Positions 37,001-46,070 of a DNA stretch of 64,000 bases are shown one piece after another. The position numbers were made by a program, and so were the translations under genes. The DNA comes from Candidatus Omnitrophota bacterium (GTDB taxonomy: Bacteria > Omnitrophota > Omnitrophia > Omnitrophales > Aquincolibacteriaceae). The stretch spans positions 7,947 through 71,946 of the forward strand of contig JAFGHI010000045.1 of NCBI GenBank assembly GCA_016930235.1, read 5' to 3'. Under the pieces are notes generated by a model. That model had not been told where the DNA came from and did no database searches. It worked only from the letters and a program-made list of their open reading frames with translations. How positions within the stretch are numbered: the first letter of the stretch is position 1; the number at the start of each line of letters is the position of its first letter.

Positions 37001-37255
37001 ATGCCGAAGGTCGTCATTTATACCACGACTTATTGTCCGCATTGCCGACGCGCAAAGGAATTGTTAAAAAGGAAAGAAATCCATTTTCAGGAAATCGATT
37101 TGACGGAAGACCACAAAAAACGAGAAGAACTTCAAGAGAAGACGGGCTGGATGACGGTCCCGATCATTATGGCAGGTGAGGAACTCATCGGCGGGGCGGA
37201 TGAACTTTACGCGCTAGAAGCTGAAGGTAAACTCGAGAAAAAATTATTGTCTTAA
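37001..37255 (+). CDS. grxC: Glutaredoxin 3-like
   Basis: YCPHC, TVP, IGGADEL; GGAGG RBS. Confidence 0.9.
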   Translation: MPKVVIYTTTYCPHCRRAKELLKRKEIHFQEIDLTEDHKKREELQEKTGWMTVPIIMAGEELIGGADELYALEAEGKLEKKLLS

Positions 37256-37309
37256 GTGTGGTCAATAGCTGCAAGCCCATTTGCATTACGTTGCGGCGGG
37301 TTAACTTCA

Positions 37310-37480
37310 AGCCGCAGGTTGCGGAAGGTTGAAGGTTCGATGTTTAATGTTTTTCCATTGGACATACAACATAAAATATTAATCACGCCTTAAGCCTTAC
37401 CTCCAGCTTCAGGCTTCCAGCTTCTAGCATCTGCTTTGGGGCCTGGAGCTTGTAACTTATCACTCAAAGGCCTACAGCTT
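37310..37480. repeat. Decayed heptamer-repeat tracts
   Basis: AAGGTTG AAGGTTC GATGTTT AATGTTT; CTCCAGC TTCAGGC TTCCAGC TTCTAGC. Confidence 0.5.
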
Positions 37481-37626
37481 TATTTTCGATTTTATTAATT
37501 CTAACCTGTTGCCAAATAATGAGATAAGTTGATTTTTCTTCCAATTCTTGCATTCCTTATAGAAATATCATTCCTACTATTGCTAACACAAGCACCATCG
37601 ATTATTCTTATATTAGGAGGGCGAAA

Positions 37627-38040
37627 ATGGGCGCGCGACCGATTTCAAAACGACGTGGCAAGTTCAGTAATCAAAAAGGGTTAAGCCTTGTTGAACTCAT
37701 GTTGAGCTTTGGGCTCTTTGCTCTGGTAGCCGCAGCGTCCGTTTACGGTCTCATTCAAGCGCATCACATGTCCGAAGATTCGCGTTATCGTTTGCTTGCT
37801 GTCAATGCTGCACGTTCTGTCTTGGAAGAAATAAAAGAAACTCCCTTGCAAAATGTTCCTAATTTTAATGTTTCGGGTTTTATCCCGTCGGATTTACCCA
37901 GTGGGGCAATCACCATTGCTACAAATCCGACTTCGCTTGCAACCGCACCGGTTGCGACTGTGACTGTCACCATCAGCTGGGCGGGTGCGAAGAATGCTGC
38001 AAGGCAGCTTCAAGTGACGACGATGAGAAGCGCCTTTTAA
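37627..38040 (+). CDS. Type IV minor pilin (PilV-like), module 1
   Basis: Class III signal NQKG|LSLVE, hydrophobic helix, C-terminal VTVTISW. Confidence 0.85.
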   Translation: MGARPISKRRGKFSNQKGLSLVELMLSFGLFALVAAASVYGLIQAHHMSEDSRYRLLAVNAARSVLEEIKETPLQNVPNFNVSGFIPSDLPSGAITIATNPTSLATAPVATVTVTISWAGAKNAARQLQVTTMRSAF

Positions 38041-38050
38041 GGGGGCGAAG

Positions 38051-38713
38051 ATGGAAACAGGAAGGGGCCGGCATCAGGACAAAAAGCGCGATCAAGGGAA
38101 AGGGTTTACCCTGATCGAAATCCTTTTTGTGATGCTACTTTTTCCTTTGCTATTTTTCGGAATTTACACGGTGATGAATATGTCCCAGGTTATTTTCAGG
38201 ACCAACGGCGCTTACGCGGCGGTCAATCAAAATGCGATGCAGATTCTGCGGCATATCGGCCGCGAAATCGGACAAACAAGCCCGTTGGTGGCACCCAGCC
38301 ATTTGACTTTGTCGACGGACGGAAGCGGTAACGGCGTAATCCAATTCCAGATTCCTGTGGATTGGGATAATGACGGGGATGCGGTGACGGCCGGGATGAA
38401 TCCCGATGTAGAGTGGGGGGCCTATCAGGAAGCGGGTCAAACCCAAAACGGTATCCTTAACGGGTGGATTGAGTACCGAGTCTTGGATAATCAGCTTTTA
38501 AGACGCGTATTAAATTCGGGCTTGTCCCCCATAGCGGGACTTGAACGGGTGGTTGCCAATGATGTCCAGACGTTTACAGCTTCAAGAAGTATGGATATTG
38601 TGACGACGAGTATTACATTCTCAACGTCGGATACGGTAGGACAAAACGGGGTTGCAAGGAATTACGGGATGACCTACACGAGCCGGACGTTATTAAGGAA
38701 CTCGGTGAACTAA
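38051..38713 (+). CDS. Type IV minor pilin (PilW-like), module 1
   Basis: GKG|FTLIE, REI, DWDNDGD, RVVANDV, C-terminal LRN. Confidence 0.85.
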   Translation: METGRGRHQDKKRDQGKGFTLIEILFVMLLFPLLFFGIYTVMNMSQVIFRTNGAYAAVNQNAMQILRHIGREIGQTSPLVAPSHLTLSTDGSGNGVIQFQIPVDWDNDGDAVTAGMNPDVEWGAYQEAGQTQNGILNGWIEYRVLDNQLLRRVLNSGLSPIAGLERVVANDVQTFTASRSMDIVTTSITFSTSDTVGQNGVARNYGMTYTSRTLLRNSVN

Positions 38714-38714
38714 C

Positions 38715-40262
38715 ATGAAAACACAACAAACGAAAACTGAACAGAAGTGGGTCCGGAAATTAAAAGGCTCTGTTTTGTCTTCGCTTCATAATGAGCGGGG
38801 AGTTGCGCTCTTGAGCGTTTATATCGCTTCCCTCATTATCGGAGTTGTTGCTTCCGCTACTTTCGGGGTTTCATTTTCTGAAATGAAACACATTGAGCGG
38901 GAAGTTTCACGGCTTCAAGGTTATGCTGCCGCCGAAGCGGGTGTTCAGAACGCAATGGCGCAGATTTCGGTGAATGCCTATACCGGGTTCATTAACATCA
39001 ACCCTATTGATGTCTCGGATTTTCAGGATGTAAGCGGCAATTCGGTAGGGGATTATTCGGTGACGATCAATTATCCTGATGAGGCCGATTGGGTGATCGT
39101 CCAAGCGACCGCCAATGTACAGACCGAAACACGAAGTCTTGAGGCCCGAATTTTTCTGGAATCCAATTTTTCGAAATATCTGGTTTACGCGGATTCGACG
39201 AGTTTCGCTTCGGGATCGGATGCCCAATACGGGGACCCTGATTATACGGATGCCTATGGGGACGGAGAACCCGACTATCCCGAGCTTGTGCCTCCAAATG
39301 AAGATGACAGGGCCTCACTTTATTTTACGGGGGATTGGGTCCTTTCCGGTTCCAATGTGACCTTGTATGGAGATGCCCACGCCGAGGGTGAAATCCAGGC
39401 AACGGGGTCCGGGGATATCAACGGGGACACTTATTCCGCCGATTATGATGAAAATTCGAGCGGTGCGGTGACCGATTCGGGTGTTTCAGGAAGCGTTCAA
39501 GTTGGCGATGGATTTGACGATGATGAGGACCGTAATGGTGACTTCGTAGTCGATTCAAGCGACTATCCTGATTATCATGATCTTACCGATGCCGGGGAAG
39601 AGGATAGTCATGCCACGGAGACGCTGGTTGAAATCGATCATAGTTTTTATGCGACCAACAACGATACGCCGGATTTTGTCGGGGCTTCGGCCCAAAACCG
39701 TTTTCTGGAGTTTCAGAAAAACGGGGCCCAAACGGAGATTGTGGAATACAGCAATAACCAATACAGCACACAAATTGGTTCACAGACGATTCCTTCAAGT
39801 GCCATCGTCTACGTGAAGGGAGATATTTACGTGAAGGGTGAGATCGAAGGCCGTGTGACCGTCGTTTCCTCAGACGATATTTTTCTCGTCGACGATGTAA
39901 GCTATTCAAACGGTCAGAAATACGCCGACGCCGATCATTCGACGGCCTTTTTAGCGAAGGATAAACTTTTCTTTTTGAATAATAACCTGGAGACAAGCGG
40001 GATCCTTTATGCGGAGAATTCTTCGAATAGCTCTGTTTGTTTCGACGCAAATTACAATACCAATCTGGCGTATGATCCCAATAGCAAAAATGATTTGCAC
40101 CTTTATGGCAATCGTGTGATTAACGGGAGCACGAACCTGAGCCTTTATGATGATCGCATTTATGGTTACGATAAGAATTTAAGATATTACCGGCCGCCGG
40201 GGATTCCGGTGGTGCCGGATCTTCGAATCGTCCGAGAAGTGGACCCGCCTGCCGGGTCTTGA
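38715..40262 (+). CDS. PilX-like minor pilin with large acidic C-terminal domain (PilX-1)
   Basis: NERG|VALL (no Glu5), AAEAG, Asp-rich DxxxDG motifs, VYVKGDIYVKG..GRVTVV beta-rich region. Confidence 0.8.
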   Translation: MKTQQTKTEQKWVRKLKGSVLSSLHNERGVALLSVYIASLIIGVVASATFGVSFSEMKHIEREVSRLQGYAAAEAGVQNAMAQISVNAYTGFININPIDVSDFQDVSGNSVGDYSVTINYPDEADWVIVQATANVQTETRSLEARIFLESNFSKYLVYADSTSFASGSDAQYGDPDYTDAYGDGEPDYPELVPPNEDDRASLYFTGDWVLSGSNVTLYGDAHAEGEIQATGSGDINGDTYSADYDENSSGAVTDSGVSGSVQVGDGFDDDEDRNGDFVVDSSDYPDYHDLTDAGEEDSHATETLVEIDHSFYATNNDTPDFVGASAQNRFLEFQKNGAQTEIVEYSNNQYSTQIGSQTIPSSAIVYVKGDIYVKGEIEGRVTVVSSDDIFLVDDVSYSNGQKYADADHSTAFLAKDKLFFLNNNLETSGILYAENSSNSSVCFDANYNTNLAYDPNSKNDLHLYGNRVINGSTNLSLYDDRIYGYDKNLRYYRPPGIPVVPDLRIVREVDPPAGS

Positions 40263-40280
40263 GGAAAAATTGGGGGAATT

Positions 40281-40553
40281 ATGAGGAGAGAGATCAGACA
40301 AATCGTCCAAGGAGGTTCTCTTACGTTTTTTTTGTGTGTTGTTTTAGTCTTTGCTGCGGGATGCGTGAAGAAACCCAAAGAACTTCCGGGCGGTGCGGAA
40401 AAGAAAGAAGGCCTGCCGGTTTTGGCTCAAAATATGGTTTATCTGACTAATCGTTCCGAGCCGGTGGCGTCCAAAAACTTAACGTTCGAAGACTCGCCCG
40501 ATCCATTTAAGAAGGACAAAGAAGCTGATTTCTTGGAAGTGAAGGCAGATTAA
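40281..40553 (+). CDS. Small lipoprotein within the pilin cluster
   Basis: Hydrophobic signal with lipobox AAGC. Confidence 0.65.
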   Translation: MRREIRQIVQGGSLTFFLCVVLVFAAGCVKKPKELPGGAEKKEGLPVLAQNMVYLTNRSEPVASKNLTFEDSPDPFKKDKEADFLEVKAD

Positions 40554-40593
40554 AAATTCAAGACAGTGCGGGTTATCCTTACAGGAGAGCTTG

Positions 40594-41004
40594 ATGAAAA
40601 ACGAGGAATCGGGATTTACGCTGGTCGAAGTTGTTTTTACGGTTTGTATCGTTGTGGTGGCACTTCTTGGGATTATGAGCGCCAATACGACAGCGGAACG
40701 CAGTAGTGAGGCCGCTTTTGAAAAATCTTTGGCCGCGCAGGATGCCAATCGCGTGATCGAACTCTTGCGGGATGCAGCCAATACGGGATCTTCGCCGGCT
40801 TTTCAGACGGATGTCCAAAATGCCGAAAGTGCGGCGATTGCGGCTGCTGCGAGTATGCCCGCAGGACTCAATGAATCGATTACGGTAAATTATGATGATG
40901 TTTCAGCGGACCCTTTGGATATAACGGTCACGGTTTCCTGGGATATGAACGGGGTTCGCACCGTTTCGATCGCCTTAAGAACATTGCTTACGAAAAGGAC
41001 ATAA
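40594..41004 (+). CDS. Type IV minor pilin (PilV-like), module 2
   Basis: EESG|FTLVE, ITVTVSW; AGGAG RBS. Confidence 0.85.
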   Translation: MKNEESGFTLVEVVFTVCIVVVALLGIMSANTTAERSSEAAFEKSLAAQDANRVIELLRDAANTGSSPAFQTDVQNAESAAIAAAASMPAGLNESITVNYDDVSADPLDITVTVSWDMNGVRTVSIALRTLLTKRT

Positions 41005-41561
41005 TGATGATGAGCCCATCGGAGAGACAAAAAGGTTTTACGCTTATCGAAATGATGATCGTTGTTGCCATATGTACCGTGATTGCGGGGGGTATTTTTC
41101 TTGCGTTGCAGGCCGGACAAACCCAAACAGGTGTTGCGGACCTTAAGATGATGCTACAGGATTCCGCCCGCGAAGCGATTTACAAGATGGTCCAGGAGAT
41201 CCGTCAGTCCGCTCCGAGCAAGATCACGATCGGTGCTGGCGGAAATTCCATTCAATTTGAGTTCCCTGATCCCACGGCCCCCGTCGACGGCAGTTATAAT
41301 ATTGATTGGGACAGTGCTCATACACTTACCTATGCCCTTGGCGGGACGGGTTCTCAGATTATCCGCACGGATTCGGATGCAGGGACAACGCAGATTTTGG
41401 CCAATGACGTTGTGGACATCGATTTTACGGGTAATTCGGGACAACCGACTTTGGTGACGATTACCGTCAGTGTTCAAAGAACCTTTACGAATGGCCGTGT
41501 GGTCCCGGATAGTCCTCTTGCTGTGTTGGGCCAGGCAGAAGTCCGTAACGTGTCGTCCTAA
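41004..41561 (+). CDS. Type IV minor pilin (PilW-like), module 2
   Basis: QKG|FTLIEM, EIRQS, QILANDV, C-terminal VRN. Confidence 0.85.
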   Translation: MMMSPSERQKGFTLIEMMIVVAICTVIAGGIFLALQAGQTQTGVADLKMMLQDSAREAIYKMVQEIRQSAPSKITIGAGGNSIQFEFPDPTAPVDGSYNIDWDSAHTLTYALGGTGSQIIRTDSDAGTTQILANDVVDIDFTGNSGQPTLVTITVSVQRTFTNGRVVPDSPLAVLGQAEVRNVSS

Positions 41562-41820
41562 GGGAAATTCCTAGACCCATTTATTTTTTACCCCTCTTGT
41601 GCCCTCATCTTTTAGAGCTTTAAGAAGACTTAACCTCCTGAAAAGGCCAAGGTTAAGATTCCCGGCCCGCTGTTTTTTGTCTGCGGCTTGCAAACAACAT
41701 ACCTAACAAAAACATCATTTCTATTTTTAGTAAGTCGTAACGCCTTTGGGCCTATAGGATTTGTTAGGAATATCATTTATATTTTAAGTAGGCCCAGGTT
41801 CCGTTGCGGAAACGGAAAAT

Positions 41821-43239
41821 ATGGAGAATGTGATGTTTAAAAAAGGACTTGTCGGGAGAAACCAGAGTAAGGGGTTTATCCTCATAACGTCGTACTTTCT
41901 TATTGCGGCGTTATCGATGTTATCGCTTGCCTTTTTGATGCGCGGCAACGTTTTCCTCAATTCTGTCGAGAGAAACATGAATCGTTATGTGGCCTTTCAT
42001 ATGGCCGAGGCAGGTGTTGACATTGCCCTCGCGACGCTGAACACAAGTCCCAATTACGCGGGCACCGGCGGTTATACCTCACTTGGAAACAATGGGGGAT
42101 ATCGCGTGGATGTTTGTCCTCCGACTTGTGACGGACTCACGCAGCCGACGGGTTCGAATATTCGTCTGATTTCCGCCACGGGTTTTGCTCCGAGCAATAG
42201 TGCGAGCGACAGAGGTTTTGAAACCCGGACCGTGACGGTGTATGCCAGCGTTCAATCCGATCCCACTTTTCAAAATGCCATTTTTTCAAACGACCTCGTT
42301 GCCTTGGTCGGCAGCGGAAAAACAGACAGCTACGACTCCAGAGACGGCGCTTACGGAGGAGACAATCTTACGCAAGAGGGTCATGTCAGGACCAATGCGA
42401 CGGCCGATGACCGGATCACGCTGATCGGAAGCCCGGATATTTATGGGGACGCCGTTGTCGGACCGGAGGCCGATCCGAGCGATGTCATTTTTAAATTTGG
42501 TCTTGGGATCAAAATAACCGGAGAACAAACAAGTGCGGCCGAAACCAAGGATTATGAATCGGTGGAAGACGTCTCGGTTTCGTCTACAGAGGAAGACGGA
42601 GCACTTTTCCTAACGGGTGAGGATGTCGTTTACCTCAACGAAGGGACCTATGATTATTCATCCGTGACGGTTGCCAACGACGCGGAGATTATCGCCTTGG
42701 GACCGATCACGATGAATGTAAGTGGGAATGTCAGCTTTTTGAATAGCGGGTCGATGACGTCGGTAAGCTCTGTGACGGTCAACACGGGCGGGGCCTTCAG
42801 CCTAGTCGGTGACGCATCTTTAGAGACCGGCGGAACGACTGAGATCAATTCCGTTGGCTCTGTCAATATTATCGATACGGCGGAAATCGATTCCGGCGGT
42901 CCGACAACCATTACGGCCAGTGATAACGTCCGGTTGTGGGGGCGTGGGGTGGTGACCTATGATAATGATCCAACTAATCTTGTCTTAAATGTTCCTGACG
43001 GCAGTCCCGTCACGCTTATCGGCGATGATCAATTTTACGGAGCAATCTATGCTCCGGATTCCCTCGTGACCATTATTGGCAGCGCTGATATTTTTGGCGG
43101 TGTGATTTCCGAGGATTTCATCTGTGTCGCCAATTGCGGGATTCATTATGATGCGGCCTTGGAAGCCGTTGGGGTCGGCCAGGATTCGGCCGTCGAGGTT
43201 CTGTCCTGGGTCGAAAATGATACGGTTGCGGCCAGTTGA
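41821..43239 (+). CDS. PilX-like minor pilin with beta-solenoid adhesin-like domain (PilX-2)
   Basis: SKG|FILI, AFHMAEAG, DSYDS..G.YGG, four 22-aa repeats, YGAIYAP, IHYDAAL. Confidence 0.8.
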   Translation: MENVMFKKGLVGRNQSKGFILITSYFLIAALSMLSLAFLMRGNVFLNSVERNMNRYVAFHMAEAGVDIALATLNTSPNYAGTGGYTSLGNNGGYRVDVCPPTCDGLTQPTGSNIRLISATGFAPSNSASDRGFETRTVTVYASVQSDPTFQNAIFSNDLVALVGSGKTDSYDSRDGAYGGDNLTQEGHVRTNATADDRITLIGSPDIYGDAVVGPEADPSDVIFKFGLGIKITGEQTSAAETKDYESVEDVSVSSTEEDGALFLTGEDVVYLNEGTYDYSSVTVANDAEIIALGPITMNVSGNVSFLNSGSMTSVSSVTVNTGGAFSLVGDASLETGGTTEINSVGSVNIIDTAEIDSGGPTTITASDNVRLWGRGVVTYDNDPTNLVLNVPDGSPVTLIGDDQFYGAIYAPDSLVTIIGSADIFGGVISEDFICVANCGIHYDAALEAVGVGQDSAVEVLSWVENDTVAAS

Positions 43240-43368
43240 TCGGTTATACCCTTGGGGAAAAATGTTGAGGTATTATTTTAATTTAGGATGTAAGGTTTGG
43301 TAGGAATCGAAATCATTTTTGGTGTTTATGCAATAAGGCAAGATAGCCGATGATGAGAGGACAAGGGG

Positions 43369-44697
43369 ATGGCGGAAATGACAGACTCAAATAAGAAGAG
43401 GTTGCCGAAAGATCACGAAAAGGGATTTTTTCTTATTGTCTCTTATTTAGTGATTGCAACGCTCGCTGTCTTTTCCGTTGCGCTTTTTACTCGCTCCTTC
43501 AATTTTCAGAATGTGACCGAATCCAATAAGAACCGGATTGCGGCCTTCAATATGGCTGAAGCGGGACTGGATCAGGCCATTGTCCAGCTGGCCCAGGTCA
43601 GTCCGTTTCAACCTTTTACATCCATGAATTATCCTTGCTCAGGGGGGACCTATTATTCCGTGAATACAGCAACGGGCCGGACCGATGGATGCGCGACGTC
43701 TTATACAGATTTCTCTGCGGCAAACAGCAGCGTCCAGGGTGGCTATGATATCTGGGTTACGGATCCTTCTCCCAACAGCGGTTTTCGTCAGGTCGAAGTG
43801 GCAGGGCATGTGCCTTCTAATGGCAGCAGCACCATCGCAGGAGATTGTCCTGCGGTAAGTCCGGGTGTCCGCGGTTATGCCTGCCAGTCTTTGGTCGCTT
43901 ACGTTGAATTGGACGACACCCTTTTTGATAACGCCGTTTTTTCGGAAGGTGATTTAGTGCTAAATGGGACCTCGACGGATATTGACAGTTACAATTCTGA
44001 TTTGGGGGTTTATGGGGGCTCGAATGTCGGGGAGAATGGAGACATTGCCAGTAACGGTTCGTTTGACGGCGGTGAAATCGTTTATAATGGAAGTCCGGAT
44101 GTTGACGGGGAAGTTCATGAAAACATGAGTATTTATTGTGATGCGCCGTCGGTCTCTCCGGGGATTTCCTCGATGGGGACTTTAAATAAAAATTCCGATT
44201 ACACCCTTCCCGATATGCCGACCAATACTTATCGGTACGATTCGATGACCTTTGGGGGAAACGCTGAAATCACGATTTCACCTTCGGACGGAAGTGCGGC
44301 AACGGTCTACGTGGACGGAAATCTCACGATTGGGGGCGGCAGTAAGATTATTATCGATGTTCCCGTTGTGATGTATGTGGGGGGAACGATCGATATCGGA
44401 GGCAGTGGGATCACCAATACGAGCCAGATTCCATCCAACTTGATCATCGTTTCTACAGGAAGCGGGGATGTTGATGTTTCGGGTGGCGTTGCCTTTTACG
44501 GAGCGATCTTCGCGCCCGACTCGGATTTCGATCTGAGCGGCAGCGTGGAATTTCACGGGGCTGTTTTTGCGGCCGATTTCCGTCACAACGGGACCAACAA
44601 TCTTCATTACGATGAAGCCTTGACCGATACGACAACTCCTTGTGTCGTCGTTAGGCTTCGTTCTTGGCGCCAGAAGAATACCATTGCCAGTTCTTAG
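43369..44697 (+). CDS. PilX-like minor pilin with beta-solenoid adhesin-like domain (PilX-3)
   Basis: EKG|FFLI, AFNMAEAG, DSYNS..G.YGG, YGAIFAP, LHYDEAL; paralogue of 41821. Confidence 0.8.
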   Translation: MAEMTDSNKKRLPKDHEKGFFLIVSYLVIATLAVFSVALFTRSFNFQNVTESNKNRIAAFNMAEAGLDQAIVQLAQVSPFQPFTSMNYPCSGGTYYSVNTATGRTDGCATSYTDFSAANSSVQGGYDIWVTDPSPNSGFRQVEVAGHVPSNGSSTIAGDCPAVSPGVRGYACQSLVAYVELDDTLFDNAVFSEGDLVLNGTSTDIDSYNSDLGVYGGSNVGENGDIASNGSFDGGEIVYNGSPDVDGEVHENMSIYCDAPSVSPGISSMGTLNKNSDYTLPDMPTNTYRYDSMTFGGNAEITISPSDGSAATVYVDGNLTIGGGSKIIIDVPVVMYVGGTIDIGGSGITNTSQIPSNLIIVSTGSGDVDVSGGVAFYGAIFAPDSDFDLSGSVEFHGAVFAADFRHNGTNNLHYDEALTDTTTPCVVVRLRSWRQKNTIASS

Positions 44698-44804
44698 GAA
44701 ACTTCTTCTTTCATCATTTACAATCTAGCCCCTTAACCTGGGGTGTCTTCTTATACGAACGCACCCCTTGACCCCCCTCAAGGAAGCCGATATGATGACA
44801 GCCT

Positions 44805-45554
44805 ATGAAAATTGCTGAAAGTTTTATCCTTATTACCGGGGCCGCCAAACGTCTGGGCCGTGAAATGGCTTTGCGCCTTGCCCAGGAAGAGGCCTCGCTT
44901 GTCCTTCATTACAACCGTTCGAAGCGGGAGGCGGAGGAACTCCAGGAAGAAGTCGAAGGGCTCGGGGGGCGAGCTTATCTTGTCCGGGCCGATCTTTCGG
45001 CCGGAAAAGGGAATTTGGTCCCGCGGCTCAAGCAATTTGTCGGGGAGGTTTACCGGAAAGTTCCGGGGGTGGACGTTCTTATCAATAACGCCTCGATCTT
45101 TTATCCGGCACCTTTTGGAAAGATCAAGGAATCCGATTGGGATAAATTGATGTCCGTGAATCTGAAAGCGCCCTTTTTCCTCGCCCAGGAGATCGGGCTC
45201 CGGATGCTGAAGCAAAGAAGAGGGAAAATTATCAACTTGATCGATTGGACGGCCATGAAGCCCCGGAAAAATTATCTGCCGTATGCGGTTTCAAAAGCGG
45301 GACTTCAGGCAGCGACGATAGGATTAGCGAGAACCTTGGCACCACACGTTCAGGTGTTGGGGATTGCCCCGGGACCGGTCCTTCCGCCCAAGGGAACGAA
45401 CCGGAAGGCGGCAGGAGAAATCATTTCGAAGACTTTACTCAAGCGGTTCGGTCATCCGAGTGACATTTCGGAAACAGTCCGGTTTTTGATCGCCGGAACG
45501 GATTTCATGACCGGAGCGGTAATCCCCGTCGAAGGCGGCGCCTCCGTTTTTTAG
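44805..45554 (+). CDS. Pteridine reductase/FolM-like SDR
   Basis: TGAAKRLG, HYNRS, NNASIF, YAVSK, LAP; next to queD. Confidence 0.82.
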   Translation: MKIAESFILITGAAKRLGREMALRLAQEEASLVLHYNRSKREAEELQEEVEGLGGRAYLVRADLSAGKGNLVPRLKQFVGEVYRKVPGVDVLINNASIFYPAPFGKIKESDWDKLMSVNLKAPFFLAQEIGLRMLKQRRGKIINLIDWTAMKPRKNYLPYAVSKAGLQAATIGLARTLAPHVQVLGIAPGPVLPPKGTNRKAAGEIISKTLLKRFGHPSDISETVRFLIAGTDFMTGAVIPVEGGASVF

Positions 45555-45568
45555 AAGTAGAGCGCGCG

Positions 45569-45638
45569 GAAGTAAGAAGTTGGAAGTAAGAGATAGGAAA
45601 TAATTTTTTTCATATTTCATACTTCCTGCCCCATGTTT
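45569..45638. repeat. 7-nt-periodic inverted repeat element (GAAGTAA type)
   Basis: GAAGTAA GAAGTTG GAAGTAA GAGATAG ... CATATTT CATACTT CCTGCCC CATGTTT. Confidence 0.55.
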
Positions 45639-45668
45639 TTTTGTTAGCACAAAGGAGAGTGGCAAAAG

Positions 45669-46070
45669 ATGTTTCGAGTTGTACGGGAAATTCATTTTAG
45701 TTACGGGCACCGGCTTTTGGATTATCCGGGAAAATGTTCGCATCTTCACGGTCATAATGCGCGGGTGTATATCGAGGTTTCCAGCGAGAGGCTGAATCAC
45801 GAGGGGATGGTGATGGACTTCTACCAAATCCGCGAGGCAGTGGGGAGCTGGATCCGCGAGGTTTTAGATCACAAAATGATTCTTTATAAGGAGGATCCCC
45901 TGGTTCCTATTCTCCAGAAAGCGGGAGAGCCGATTGTCTTAATGGACCAAAACCCAACAGCCGAAGCCCTCGCTCAATGGATTTTTATGGAGGCCCGCAA
46001 GAAAAGGCTTCCGGTTTCGCGTGTCACGTTATGGGAGACCCAGGATAATTCCGCCGTCTATCATGAGTAG
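45669..46070 (+). CDS. queD: 6-carboxytetrahydropterin synthase QueD
   Basis: FSYGHRL, KCSHLHGHN, DH, NPTAE, WET. Confidence 0.88.
   Translation: MFRVVREIHFSYGHRLLDYPGKCSHLHGHNARVYIEVSSERLNHEGMVMDFYQIREAVGSWIREVLDHKMILYKEDPLVPILQKAGEPIVLMDQNPTAEALAQWIFMEARKKRLPVSRVTLWETQDNSAVYHE

Noticed and set aside
41821-44697. Shufflon or DGR-type diversification of the PilX paralogues
   Set aside because: No recombinase or reverse transcriptase in the window, no inverted cassettes, and no near-identical DNA repeats seen between X2 and X3; similarity is at protein-motif level only.
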